A stretch of DNA of 64,000 bases from Phoronis australis (lineage: Eukaryota > Animalia > Phoronida): NCBI GenBank assembly GCA_002633005.1, contig NMRA01000003.1, positions 62,001 to 126,000 on the forward strand. The letters run 5' to 3'. The notes under the pieces were generated by a model. It searched no databases, was not told the DNA's origin, and saw nothing but the letters and a program-made list of their open reading frames with translations. Within the stretch, counting starts at the first letter, position 1, and every line of letters starts with the position of its first letter. This document shows, piece by piece, positions 24,136 through 35,315 of this stretch. The position numbers and the translations under genes are program-made.

Positions 24136-24533
24136 AATTAAACATTAACAGTTACAAGAAAAACAATTATGAGTATATCTACCATTTATCATAAACAACC
24201 AGTTCTTTTTGTTCTATTGTATGCTACTTATTGAAGTGACATCATAATTTGACTTACACTGACAAAGCAAGTGACCTTATATTACAGGCCTAGAGTAATG
24301 TCTGAATAAATTGTTACATTTGTTCTGGTAACAAAACGATGTCAAGAACTCACTACTATGATCTAGCAAGTTCTGGGTTTCCTATCATGCATGGCTATGT
24401 ATAATATGGAACGTTAGACCATAATGACACTACGCTCATCTCTATGTCGCCTCCCTCGTCATGTTCTTCCCAAGTTGATAAATGTGACAAAACTCCATCC
24501 ACTTCCATTATGACACAGACACCAAGATGACTG

Positions 24534-27500
24534 CTATCCTTGCTGCACTGGGTGGTGCCCCATAATAGTAAATATTAGGGACGCTATCTTTTCATAGGTC
24601 ATAAACATCAGAGCAGCAGTTAGAACTGTCTGCAACAATTTGGCTTCCAAGCCCTTGTATATGCCCTGGACACCACTGCTTCTGAAACAAACAGCACAGA
24701 AAATTCAACCTCACAATAAACTGTTGGTGAGATGGGTTTGTGGAACAAAGAGGTTGCCCTCAACTTTCCAGATAAATCAAGGAACAAACTCGCGAGGGAC
24801 AAGAACCAAAACCATTATTAGTGGAACGCAATGTATTTCTACAAAATATAACATTTCTACAAACTATAACAACCCCGATGAGATGTGATCAGCAACCTAA
24901 CAAAATGGGGAGGGAGACACCAAAAACATGTCAGACAACAAAAAATCCCATTTAATGCCAAATGCTGTAGAAACCACTTTAAAATCAACATGTAGTATCC
25001 ACTCCTTCGTGGAAAACTATCTGCGGTAAAGATTTTTGTGAAGATTCACCAAATGGAAAAAGTGGCACTTGGTGTCACAATAGATGTCGCCACCAACACA
25101 GGGACACAACAGACACCATTTGATGAATGATTCTGGCAGATACAGTGGGACATGGTGGACAGCCGTCAGGAGACAAACAGACTTGACATCAATAAGCATC
25201 CACATAAATTAAAGCTAGTGCAAAAATATATTTTTTTTTATTAAAATACCTATCAATTGCCAACAAATCCAAATTCCACTCATTTTTCATTTAGTTAATT
25301 CACAACTCACCTGATTAGCTGTATAAAAGCGACTAAAGTATTCTGAGTCTTGTCCTTCAAATGACCGGCCTAAAATACAAAGCCAGAATAATAAATATTA
25401 TTGACATCAGACTGTAGTTTTCAAATAATTGACAGTCACATTTTTGGTAAATTTTGTAACATTTTCTGTCAATTTCTATTAATTGACCAATGAAGACTTT
25501 ATGATTTCCTTTGCACTTTGACTGAACCACCAAGTTGAGTTTGACGTCATTTTTTTTGTAAAACTGAAACACTGTAACTGAAAGACAACAAAAAGTCCTC
25601 TGTAGCACATACACACCTAAAATGAACATTTACATTAATCTGCAAATGAGCATCACAGTGCCACACCCTCAATTAAACTGTCCTCTTTCATGGAAGCTGG
25701 AATAAATAATGTATGCTTGACCTAGTTTTCAAAAGATTAAACCTCTAACCATATTTTGTGCTGAGATGAATAAGTATTCTACCTTACTCAGCATGCCAAA
25801 ATTTTTTACACCTGTAACCACAACTGAAACTTACTGACACCAAACACAGCACTAAAACTTCACTGGCATTAGAATGAGGAGGAATGATAATTTGACTGTA
25901 AAACGCTTAACACGGCAGCAGTGTACAACTATGGAACAAGTCCCCAATGCCTGCACAGCATTATGCGCAAATACGTCATATTCAAAGAGGTGCTGTGATA
26001 TTTAGGGACGAGAATATAGATGACAAAGAAGCATCACTATTATGGCAAAAACTTACCAATTTTGGACAATAACAATTAACCTTGTTTTTTCATACTTCAA
26101 AATCTGCTAACAAGTTTGTGATTGCTTCTAGTTTCTCCAAACATTGTTGGTAGATATGCAATGAAACACAAGAGCAACGCAGAGCATTGAAATGCGCCCA
26201 CAATTGCACCGTATACGGTATACTTCTAGGGTTGTTTATTGGTACCATAAAGTGGCCAGTAGAGGGCATATATGTAGTATGTTGTACTTTGCAAAATGGA
26301 AAGGCATGGTCATTGTCTCCTCAATAGGCTAGGGGCAAAATAGGAGTGATCTTCATAATACAAGCACATCCTATACATCAGTTGCTTAAAGCACCACAAA
26401 AACATAGAATTAAAAACAAATTTACCACCATAAATTTAGTAAAGATCCTGCAAACGGTTTGGGAGATACAGCCATGGGAGCAAAAAAAAAATGCCACTTG
26501 GAGGCGCCACAGTAATCAAAGTCATGGGAAATTCAGCGTCAACCGTCCTCTTCATAGTAAGAACATAAATGCCCAATTTTCACAATCATACTTAGAGCGG
26601 TTTGGTTGATAGAGGGGTGGACGTCAAAAAACAGACTCAAAAACAGTAAAAATGGCTACTGCGTGTCGCAAACTAGGTTGAATCCATCCGAAAACGAGAG
26701 GATAGCATCATCGCACTAATAGGTGCCTACATATCAAATTTCATGAAAATCTGTTAAGGACTTTTGAAGATACAAAGGTAAATGTAAAAAAATAAAATTG
26801 CCACTAGGGGGCACACTGGTATTCGGATCCGTCCAAAAGTCGTCATAGTCTGTTGCTAACATCATATAAATACACTTATTAAATTTCGTAAAGATCCTGC
26901 GAACAGTTTAGGAGATACAGCCATAGGCGCAAAAAAAAACTACCACTAGGAGGCGCCACAGTAGTCGAAATCGTCGGAAAATCATCGTCAACCGTCCTCT
27001 ACATAGCAAGCATATACATGCCAATTTTCACAATCATCCTTTGAGCGGTTTAGTTGATAGAGGGGTGGACGCAAAAATACAGACTTGAAAACACTAAAAA
27101 TGGCCACTAAGTGGCGCAAACTATGTCGAATCCATCTGAAAACGGGAGGATAGCGTCATCTCACTAATAGGTACCTACATACCAAATTTCATGAAAATCT
27201 GTACAGGACTTTTGAAGATACAAAGGTAAGCGTAAAAAACTAAAATTGCCACTAGGGGGCACACCGGTAGTCGGATCCGTCCGAAAGTTCGCACATGCTG
27301 TCCCATTCATGAATGGAACATATGTGCCAAATTTCATGAACGTATGTCAAAGGGTTTTGGAGATAGAGCAGTGGACGCCTGACGCCGGACGGACGCCGCC
27401 CGTACGGACAGACGGACGGAGATGACGGCATAATGCGTCCACATATAAATATGTGGGCGCATAATAAAAGACTATATTTAGCTTGTGTTTTACTGGGGGA

Positions 27501-27813
27501 GCCAGAATACTGTTGAGCTGGGGGTCAAAAGGGGCACTTCATCTGTGGTAGAGAATCTGATGGAAGATGAATAGATGACAGAAGGAAAGATAACTGATTC
27601 AGTGAAAAGTCCAGTATGCTTGACAAGCATCACACAGAGAAATGTGGAGAGACGACAAGTGACACTTTGTTGTAGTCATGTGAAGCACGACTTACCCTCA
27701 ACCTTGATTGAATAACCTGTAGTGGGTATGTTGCCACTGTTGCTACTGTCTTGGCTATGGCACCAATAATGAAATACATAAGTCCGCTGAGCACCTATAA
27801 GGAGGCAAATATC

Positions 27814-27852
<39 letters not shown>

Positions 27853-30800
27853 AATCATTACCATATGCAGATTAGTTAGATTGCCATGCACCCAACATTC
27901 TGAATAATACATTTTTCAACTTTTTAACTCAAGCTTCTTGCATACATAAGGCAAATGTGCCTAATTTTTTAATAGATACAGCAGGAAATCTGTTGTACAC
28001 CAATATAGGCATGTCTTATATACTGTTTTTTGTATGCCACTTGTCTATTCTTTGTACTTTTGATATCTAAAAATAATAAATTCGTAAAACTGACTGGCAT
28101 GCTATTTAAAAAACTCACAAGCATATCATTCAGCAATCAGATAATCCCCGGCATGTGACGAGGGCTGAATAACAATAGGTCTAATATCATATGATTACTG
28201 AAACTATTGTCAGGAAGCGTTCATGAGCATTTTCAACAAGTAGGTGAAAATTCGGAATCATTGCTCTCTGAGAGGACTGATAAATATGATGATCAAACAG
28301 TAATATGTACAACAAGGCATTTCTGCATAAAATTCGACTCACTTGTTAAATCTGTGAATATTCCCACAATTATGTCTGGACTACACTTCTGACATTCATT
28401 TAGGGATACTAACTCGAGTTGAAACCGTCTTGCCAGTATCACACACATGACTAATGAATTATACACACAGAAAGAATTTGAGGCAATGTCAAAGTATAAT
28501 CCCTGACCAGTGAATTATTTTACATTGTAAAGAGTTTGTTAAAGTGATTTATTTCAAAATAATCTTCATTTTCAAAACAAAAATATTCACATGTACACAG
28601 TTACCTCAGCTCCAAATATTCACATGTACACAGTTACCTCAGCTCCAAATATTCACATGTACACAGTTACCTCAGCTCCAAATAACTGTTGAAAATATTT
28701 CTTAAGAACTTCATACACCATGAACTGAACAGCAGGGTTCACTACAAGAACTAACGAGGGCAGAGTCCCACTCCATAACGCAAGGAGACCCTCGCGTTTG
28801 GTAATGGTTACAAGAGCATCTACAAAAGATGAGAGCAATGCAAAGCGTTAAATTACATCCATGAGTGCAATGAAAACAATATGCCTTAGATATGTATAAT
28901 CAGTTCATGTAATTTGGCCCTCCATAACACTGTTTGATTCTACAGCATTAATCTTGAGATATGTTGGAGATGTTACACACAGAAGAGCACTTCCTAGTAC
29001 AGATGTGTGCAAATCAAGAAAAAGTTAAAATTCAGGAAAGATAAATTGTAAAATGCCAACAATTTCAGCTGTCACTTTTTAAGCAATAATTTTTTGAGAG
29101 TTTTTTCAAAGTCCTCCCGAGAAATGTTAGAAGTGTTGCGCACAGAAAAGGACTATTCTCTGAACGGACGCACCGACACCCAAACAAACACTCAGACAGA
29201 CAGAATGATGTCTACCACAACTACATTCCCTTTACCTCCAGTGAGGGGTGTAACGACGGGGGACTTTATTCATTAGTATGGCCTAAGTTACACAGTTATG
29301 ATGTTAACAAGATCGGTTCTGGATTGAGTGACAATGATCCCATGATGGACAGAATTTTCCTTATTGTATAAAAGATATTTTGAATTACATCAAACGTAAG
29401 ACCATCATGTGCCTAAAAGAGCTTTACTTTACCGAATATGCCTGCATATTTAGGAATTCTGGTCTCTTCATCGGTCTTCAGCTTTACACCTTGCAACTTA
29501 AGTCTGGTGTTCACAACCCACAGAGGAGTAGTGACAAGCACATTGACAATGCCTGAAAGTATTGACAACATGGTGAATGATCTGTGGCTAGGGAAACCCA
29601 TTTTTCAAGACTTCCATTAAAACCAGACAAGTGGTAGCGTGTCTCGTAGTAGAAAAAACGTGGAAATACTACCATGGAGGTCAGTTATAACTTGGCTGAA
29701 ATACTTCACAGTGCTTCAAATTATAGACAGTTCTATTCCATACTTGTGACCATCCCATACAGAAAGGTGTTGATATGCACACACTACACATGCCAAAATT
29801 ATCAGAAATGGACTGGAATTCTCCGTCATGATGCCTGAACGCAAGCAGAGTAGCTAGAATGACTCATCATGACAGGTCATAATGGGTTGTTACCCGTTAT
29901 TATGTGGAATCGGTAATTTGTCTGATTACTTTTGACGATTTATAGTAGTTTTACAAGTGATGAAAATATTACCAGCTATGGCAGCCAATAGCAGATTTCT
30001 CAGTGGTTGTTGGTGATTGGTGGCCTCCAAGAATATTGCTTTTAACCCGTTGTATGTGTAGAAGTAGACAAAGTTGGAAACGCACAAGCTGGAAACGACG
30101 GGGAACCAACCACGGTACAAAGCTGAACTAAAATACACAAGAAAACTATCATATATAGACAAGCTCAAATTCACCAAAAACTATGAATTAGCAATTATGC
30201 ACATTAAAATCGAATGGATGACATTGTCTACATTTGCTCTTTAAAATATTTGATTTTTTGGTTGCCAAGTTTATAGGTAGCAAACACACAAATTTGAGTA
30301 GCCAAACACTTTGAGTAGCCAAAGAGCCACAAGCCAAGGGCAGTGTAGACTAGTGTTTAACACTCGACTAAGTATAAAACGGAGTGCATCTTGTAAGTTA
30401 TTCATTTTTTCTAACATGCAACAAACTCAACAACAATTCTATGCAGCTAAATGACCAAATCCCGGCACTGATGAGGCTATCAGCTATGGGACTGTTAGAA
30501 ACATCAAAGTCTGCAGTGAATGTTGTGCACAACAAGACTAGAAGAGTACTACCGGTATGATAGTACAGTGATGCTCAACACTAACTGTTTATCTGTATTT
30601 TTGTTTGAAACAGTGAGAACAGTAAAATTAACAGAGTAACGGAATTGACCTATTGCCAGGATTTTGAGTGATGGCTTAACTGACCAATCAGAACACAGCA
30701 TTCTTGCCACACCTTCGATTCCAAGCCGCCATTTTACCCGACAAACAACACGGTGCCGGGTAAAACTTATAGTTTGTTTGTCGACATTTCTCAAGGGGCG

Positions 30801-32857
30801 GCGCTTGCAATAGGTCAATTGTTGATGGCAAGGAAGTAATTTAAATTGGAAGCTGCAATAATGTAATTACATTCCTTCCTCTGCCACAATCTCTTTAATA
30901 ATGAGCGGAGAAAACTTAGCTTGGCGATGGTCATCAACTAGAAGAAGAAACAATAAACCAACGTAAGCAACAGGTAAACACAGATTACCATTCATGCAGT
31001 TAAGTTCAACCAAAGAAAGTTACAATAACTACACACAATACGATTGTCAGGTAAACACAGATTACAATTCATGCAGTTAAGTTCAATCAAAGAAAGTTAC
31101 AATAACTAGTACACACAGTATGATTGACAGGGCACGTCCAACAGGTGTTGCAGAAACACAAAAATTAAAGGTAGTTAATATGCATGGTACGATCGTCATT
31201 AACTCGAAAAAGTAATCAGTGGTAAAAAAATGAAACTTCTATCTAGTCTAGATACATCACAGATTGATAATCTTCTCGGATTATAGTGGTAAACAGGATG
31301 TCTGAACCACAGAAAGTGTGTTTTCATACGAAGCCATACTGGCGTAATACAAATGGCAGAGCTTCCAGACAGTTTTAGATCACTAACTTGAACAACATAA
31401 AAACCTAATTGGGAGACAGAGAGCAAATTGGACAATAGTAGGTGGTGTGATGGTAATTATATCCATCCAAAAAGGAACATCTGTATGTGCCAGACCATGC
31501 ATTTGCTTCTGTGACAACTTTCATCATGGAATACTTTGCCAACAATGGGTACTTGGATATGTGGAGCCATCCAAAAGACAACAGATGGTGGAGAATCCCA
31601 GCATGAAACTCCGTCGCTTGTGACTTAACGGACAGGTCTGTGTTCTATGACAGCTGTAACTGTCCGAAATTTGACAGGTGGTGCCACATGTCTCCACATG
31701 CCCCTCTGTCGAGTTTCGTACATCTTTGAGCCACTCAATAGCCAACAATTATCTTGAGAAAAAATAAAACGGCAACCACAGGCTCCAGGAGCAACATCCA
31801 TACCACTACCAACCTTGGCGGTCAAAATTGCACTTTACAACGAGCGTGAGCCAGATTTATGCACAAAGGCAACATGGTTATACCAGTGAGCTCATTTGGT
31901 ACACCGACTAGCTCTGTAATTGAGTGCGTGTATTCTGATGACTCCTAAAAATGTTACTAACATTCAGTTCCACAGAAATCAATTATCCTGTCCAGTAAAG
32001 CTGATCACAACCTAACATTGGTTGGCTGTCTGATTCTGGGTATGTAATGAACCACGGACAATGAAGTGCGTGAATCCTACTCTGAGAATTATCAGCAGTG
32101 TATATGGAATGAGCAGTGGTCCATCATGTACTTCTCAGTCAAGTTTCAAAAATTTGTCAAACCAATTTTACAATAAACAACGAACACAGGACACCTTTCT
32201 AAAAACAGAAATAGCCAACAGAGGGTGCTATGATGATTGGACCCTTATGCATATTAGCACAATACTGCCATAACCGGTCATAGCTAAGATTCATCAAGAT
32301 CCACCGGGTGGTTCAAGAGATAATCAGATGACAACCCAAACTAATGGCAAACGGATTAAGAGTGCAAAATGCATTCAAAAACATTTTGTGGGTGCATAAA
32401 CATTCTTGGTAATAATGAGTAATAAGTGTTTACCTTGAAGTCGAAATCTCGCAGTATCAAGAGGGAAGAAAACAGTCATGGCAGTAACACTGCCCTGCAA
32501 CAAAAAATAACATGAAGTTTAAATTATGTACAGATATAATATCAAAATTAGTTTGAAGACACCAACGCTCAGCTAAAGATTAGAATAAATAGCTAACACT
32601 TTCTATTATAAAAATGGAATATCCACACATTCCCTTTTTGTGCCTGCTTTAACTTGAAACATTCAGAAGCGTTAAGCAAACAAAAAATTATGTTTACATC
32701 AGAATACAAATTACATGTTTTTCACAAGTGTTCAAAAATTTTTAAAACGAATGGAACTGTTTTGGAAGGAGGATGGCAAAAAAAGACGTGTTACCACTGC
32801 TCCAGACACTGCGTGCACCAGGTTTCCATAAGTGAACAAATCCTTGAGAGCAGCCAT
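24534..32857 (-). CDS. SLC25A17: Peroxisomal membrane protein PMP34 (mitochondrial carrier family, CoA/FAD/NAD-type transporter), complete, 306 aa
   Basis: Exons (minus): 32857-32795, 32494-32434, 30937-30871, 30127-29973, 29552-29433, 28819-28671, 27794-27696, 25369-25311, 24681-24534 (921 nt ending TAG). Peptides [135 protein letters not shown] match PMP34, with three carrier repeats. Confidence 0.95.
26168..27466 (-). mobile_element. Helentron-associated (HINE/DINE-1-like) non-autonomous element with internal tandem array, in an SLC25A17 intron
   Basis: One end ACAAGAG...ATGCGCCCACA (26192-26202), other end GGACGGAC/GACAGACGGACGGA microsatellite then hairpin ATGCGTCCACATAT...ATATGTGGGCGCAT and AATAAA; internal ~448-bp duplication (26433 vs 26881) built from ~150-bp subunits. 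Confidence 0.75.
27812..27850 (+). repeat. (CAA)n microsatellite, about 13 units
   Basis: Direct reading; intronic, just upstream (minus-strand sense) of the 27794 acceptor. Confidence 0.95.
28581..28684 (+). repeat. Perfect 33-bp tandem repeat x3 spanning the SLC25A17 exon 6 donor
   Basis: Unit AAATATTCACATGTACACAGTTACCTCAGCTCC at 28581, 28614 and 28647. Confidence 0.95.
30643..30820. mobile_element. Short TIR MITE (ISL2EU-like termini)
   Basis: AATTGACCTATTGCCAG / CTTGCAATAGGTCAATT inverted repeat (16/17); superfamily assignment tentative. Confidence 0.55.
30971..31131 (+). repeat. ~77-bp tandem duplication (2 copies) next to the SLC25A17 exon 3 acceptor
   Basis: CAGGTAAACACAGATTAC..TTCATGCAGTTAAGTTCAA.CAAAGAAAGTTACAATAACT at 30971 and 31048. 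Confidence 0.85.
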
Positions 32858-33604
32858 GTAGACTTCAAATGGAGAACCGGTCTTGATATCAAACAACAAG
32901 GCTGACTTTCTTCTACTAGACCATCCTGTAAAGAAGACATTGTTATGACAGGTGTGTAGAAGGGAAAAAGAAATGATAGACAATTTATCCTTTCAGTTTC
33001 CATGATGCAAGCATTGCAACCGACACATAAACTACCAAACAAATCTAATGTAAAACAGACAAATACACGCTGTGTTAATAACATTTGCTGCCAGTTAAAC
33101 ATTCTCACACAGCTGTAAAATGAACGATTGCATAAAACAGTTATAAAATATGGAAACAAAATCTTTTTACACATGAAACCATCTCATGTTTCATTTTTTC
33201 ATTTGTTTTTGACCTCAAGTCAAGCCCCAGCCACGCACGTGCATTTGTCATGTCAAGAAGGTAAAGATATACTAAAACTGCAGTAACTCAGTGAAATTGT
33301 ATGAGCTTTACTTGTCTGCACTGATTCATCGAGACAACTTGGTGCTGTGCACTGCTGTCATTAGATTACATTTTATGGATAATTTGTTACGAACAGAGCT
33401 GCAAACATACCAAAACACACAAGCTGGAATTAGGAGACAAGGTACCAGCAACCATTACTTGGTTAGTCAGTTTTTCTCTGTGAGGCGTATGTGGTAACAC
33501 GGTGTCCGATTAGGTTCTCCGATGATTTGCTAGTTGTGTTTTTTAAAGATCAGTCAGAACATAAATGTGGCTTTCAATGACAATATATAGTAACAGAACC
33601 ATAC

Positions 33605-33790
33605 CTGAAAGTTACATCTTTATTTCAGTAAAGAATTTGCAACAATCCATTGTACTTCCAATTACCGTCAGAGGCACTAAAGTCGTGAACGATCTTATTT
33701 CCTCTTCTGCGCGGTCCTGTTACATCTGGCGTTGAAGTTTCCAACGTTCGTCTGCTTAGGAACATCAAACGAATACCCAGACGTGTTCGT
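33605..33790 (-). other. Probable 5' non-coding exon of SLC25A17
   Basis: Donor TTTCAG|GTATGG at 33605/33604 on the minus strand; the ATG exon has an acceptor at 32925/32926, so an upstream UTR exon is required. Upper boundary approximate. Confidence 0.45.
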
Positions 33791-34459
33791 ATTCACAATA
33801 TGATAACAAACAGTGAGTGAGTGGCTTCTTTTTTCAAATGTATCTTAAAAACAGCATATTTCACTAATTCACTTTTTTGTGCGTTTTTGGGATATATTTC
33901 CGAAGATATTTATCGTTCAGATTTACTCAAACACGCGCTCCAGGGGTAGCTTGAACAATGTATCAAAATGTCCAAGGGTCGGTCAAGTTTTGTAAGGCCA
34001 AAACAATAAAATACAGAGCGATAATTGATGCTGGGTTCTTAGTGTTTTACATGAACAACCTCATTGAAAACGTCTCTGCACATCAGTTAGGTGCAAAACA
34101 TATAACAATTTATTTCAATTGAAACTGAATTACTAAACAATGCAATGCATTTCTATGTCATCTAGAGTAACTGTAAGCACTGTAGTTGACTTGTGTGGTC
34201 ATACTTCGTGCATTTCCGTCTAAATGAAACGTTCACGACTTTAGGGCCTCATTCAAANCTTTGGCCTAACAGATGTCGGTTAGTGCCTGGGACAAATAGA
34301 TACATTGCATAAACAATCCCTGGGTTGCTTTTTGTTCCGTCTGAAGAAAATTTAATTTCGAAAATATCTTCTGAAAATGAACAAAAAAGTGCATTAGTAA
34401 AATCAACAAGTTTTTAAGTGGTCTCAAAAAAACAGTCGGTAAATGCATTAATTTTAGTC

Positions 34460-34850
34460 TCAGTTCTTCCACGCGTGTTTCTCCCGAGAGGTTAGTACCT
34501 AACGTGCAGACGAGCGTTCCAAATTGGAACGCTAAGTCCCGCGTGGCAGCGCTGCACGCGAAACAAGATGGCGGACGACCTTTGGAGACTGACGACGAGA
34601 GGTAATCGGACTATACATGTTGATACAAGTTTCACGGCACGGTGACGAGCAGATCTACACTTGGCTTGACTGTAGCACGTCTACAACATTACCTACAGAT
34701 TCCAAAAATGTGGTCTGAAAGTACTGCCGTAAAACAAACTTTTTTGTAATTCTGTTTTGTGAGAGGGTTACCTGAAATCGCAGCAGATTTCTCAGTCGCT
34801 TCCCAGCAAAAGCGCAATGCTACTGGGCGCCGCCATTTTGAAGAAAATAT
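34460..34850. promoter_or_regulatory. CpG-enriched head-to-head promoter region between SLC25A17 and INTS1 with two oppositely oriented YY1 motifs
   Basis: CAAGATGGCGG on + (34564-34574), CAAAATGGCGGC on - (34829-34840), TCTCCCGAGA (34480-34489; one mismatch to the TCTCGCGAGA promoter palindrome), local CpG enrichment in otherwise AT-rich DNA. Confidence 0.55.
34540..34601 (+). other. Probable first (5' UTR) exon of INTS1
   Basis: CpG-rich segment with YY1-type CAAGATGGCGG (34564-34574) and donor GAG|GTAATC at 34601/34602; next acceptor TTTTAG| at 35276/35277 precedes ATG 35316. 5' boundary approximate. Confidence 0.5.
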
Positions 34851-35315
34851 CTACAGCCGAATTAGTGTGCGTTTCTCATCCCCTAACATCTATTCAAGCA
34901 CACACAATTCCTAATTCCTGAATATTCATGTAAATTTGTACCTCAAAATTGCTGATATATACCTGGTTTTCCTAAAATATTTAATTTCCAAGTACAAATT
35001 AGCCGCGGCTACAGCTCAAATATACAGTGCCATCTTAAGTCACTTTCAGTAAACACAGTCCCAGCGTTTTTGAAATAAACGTTTTATGTTTTAAATCGAA
35101 TAAATACATGCCAAAACTTAAAAAAGCTACTTTTAATTACCAAATATCCAGTCTTATACACAACAAATTCTAATTTTTATTTTAGCCTAATTGTAATAGC
35201 GCCCTCTGTTTTGACTTCGATGATGGCCGCTTCCATGGGATGCACTTTTAACTTAAAAGTTGTGTTCCTGTTTTAGTTTCTATGGTTATTTGTCCGTTCT
35301 TACACACACTTTCAA

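Noticed and set aside
27676-27912. Poly-valine ORF
   Set aside because: An artefact of the intronic (CAA)n microsatellite read out of frame across an SLC25A17 exon.
31200-31560. CR1/L2 LINE 3' end (WQSFQ, WNTLP-like peptides)
   Set aside because: Only two very short motifs in decayed sequence; could be chance.
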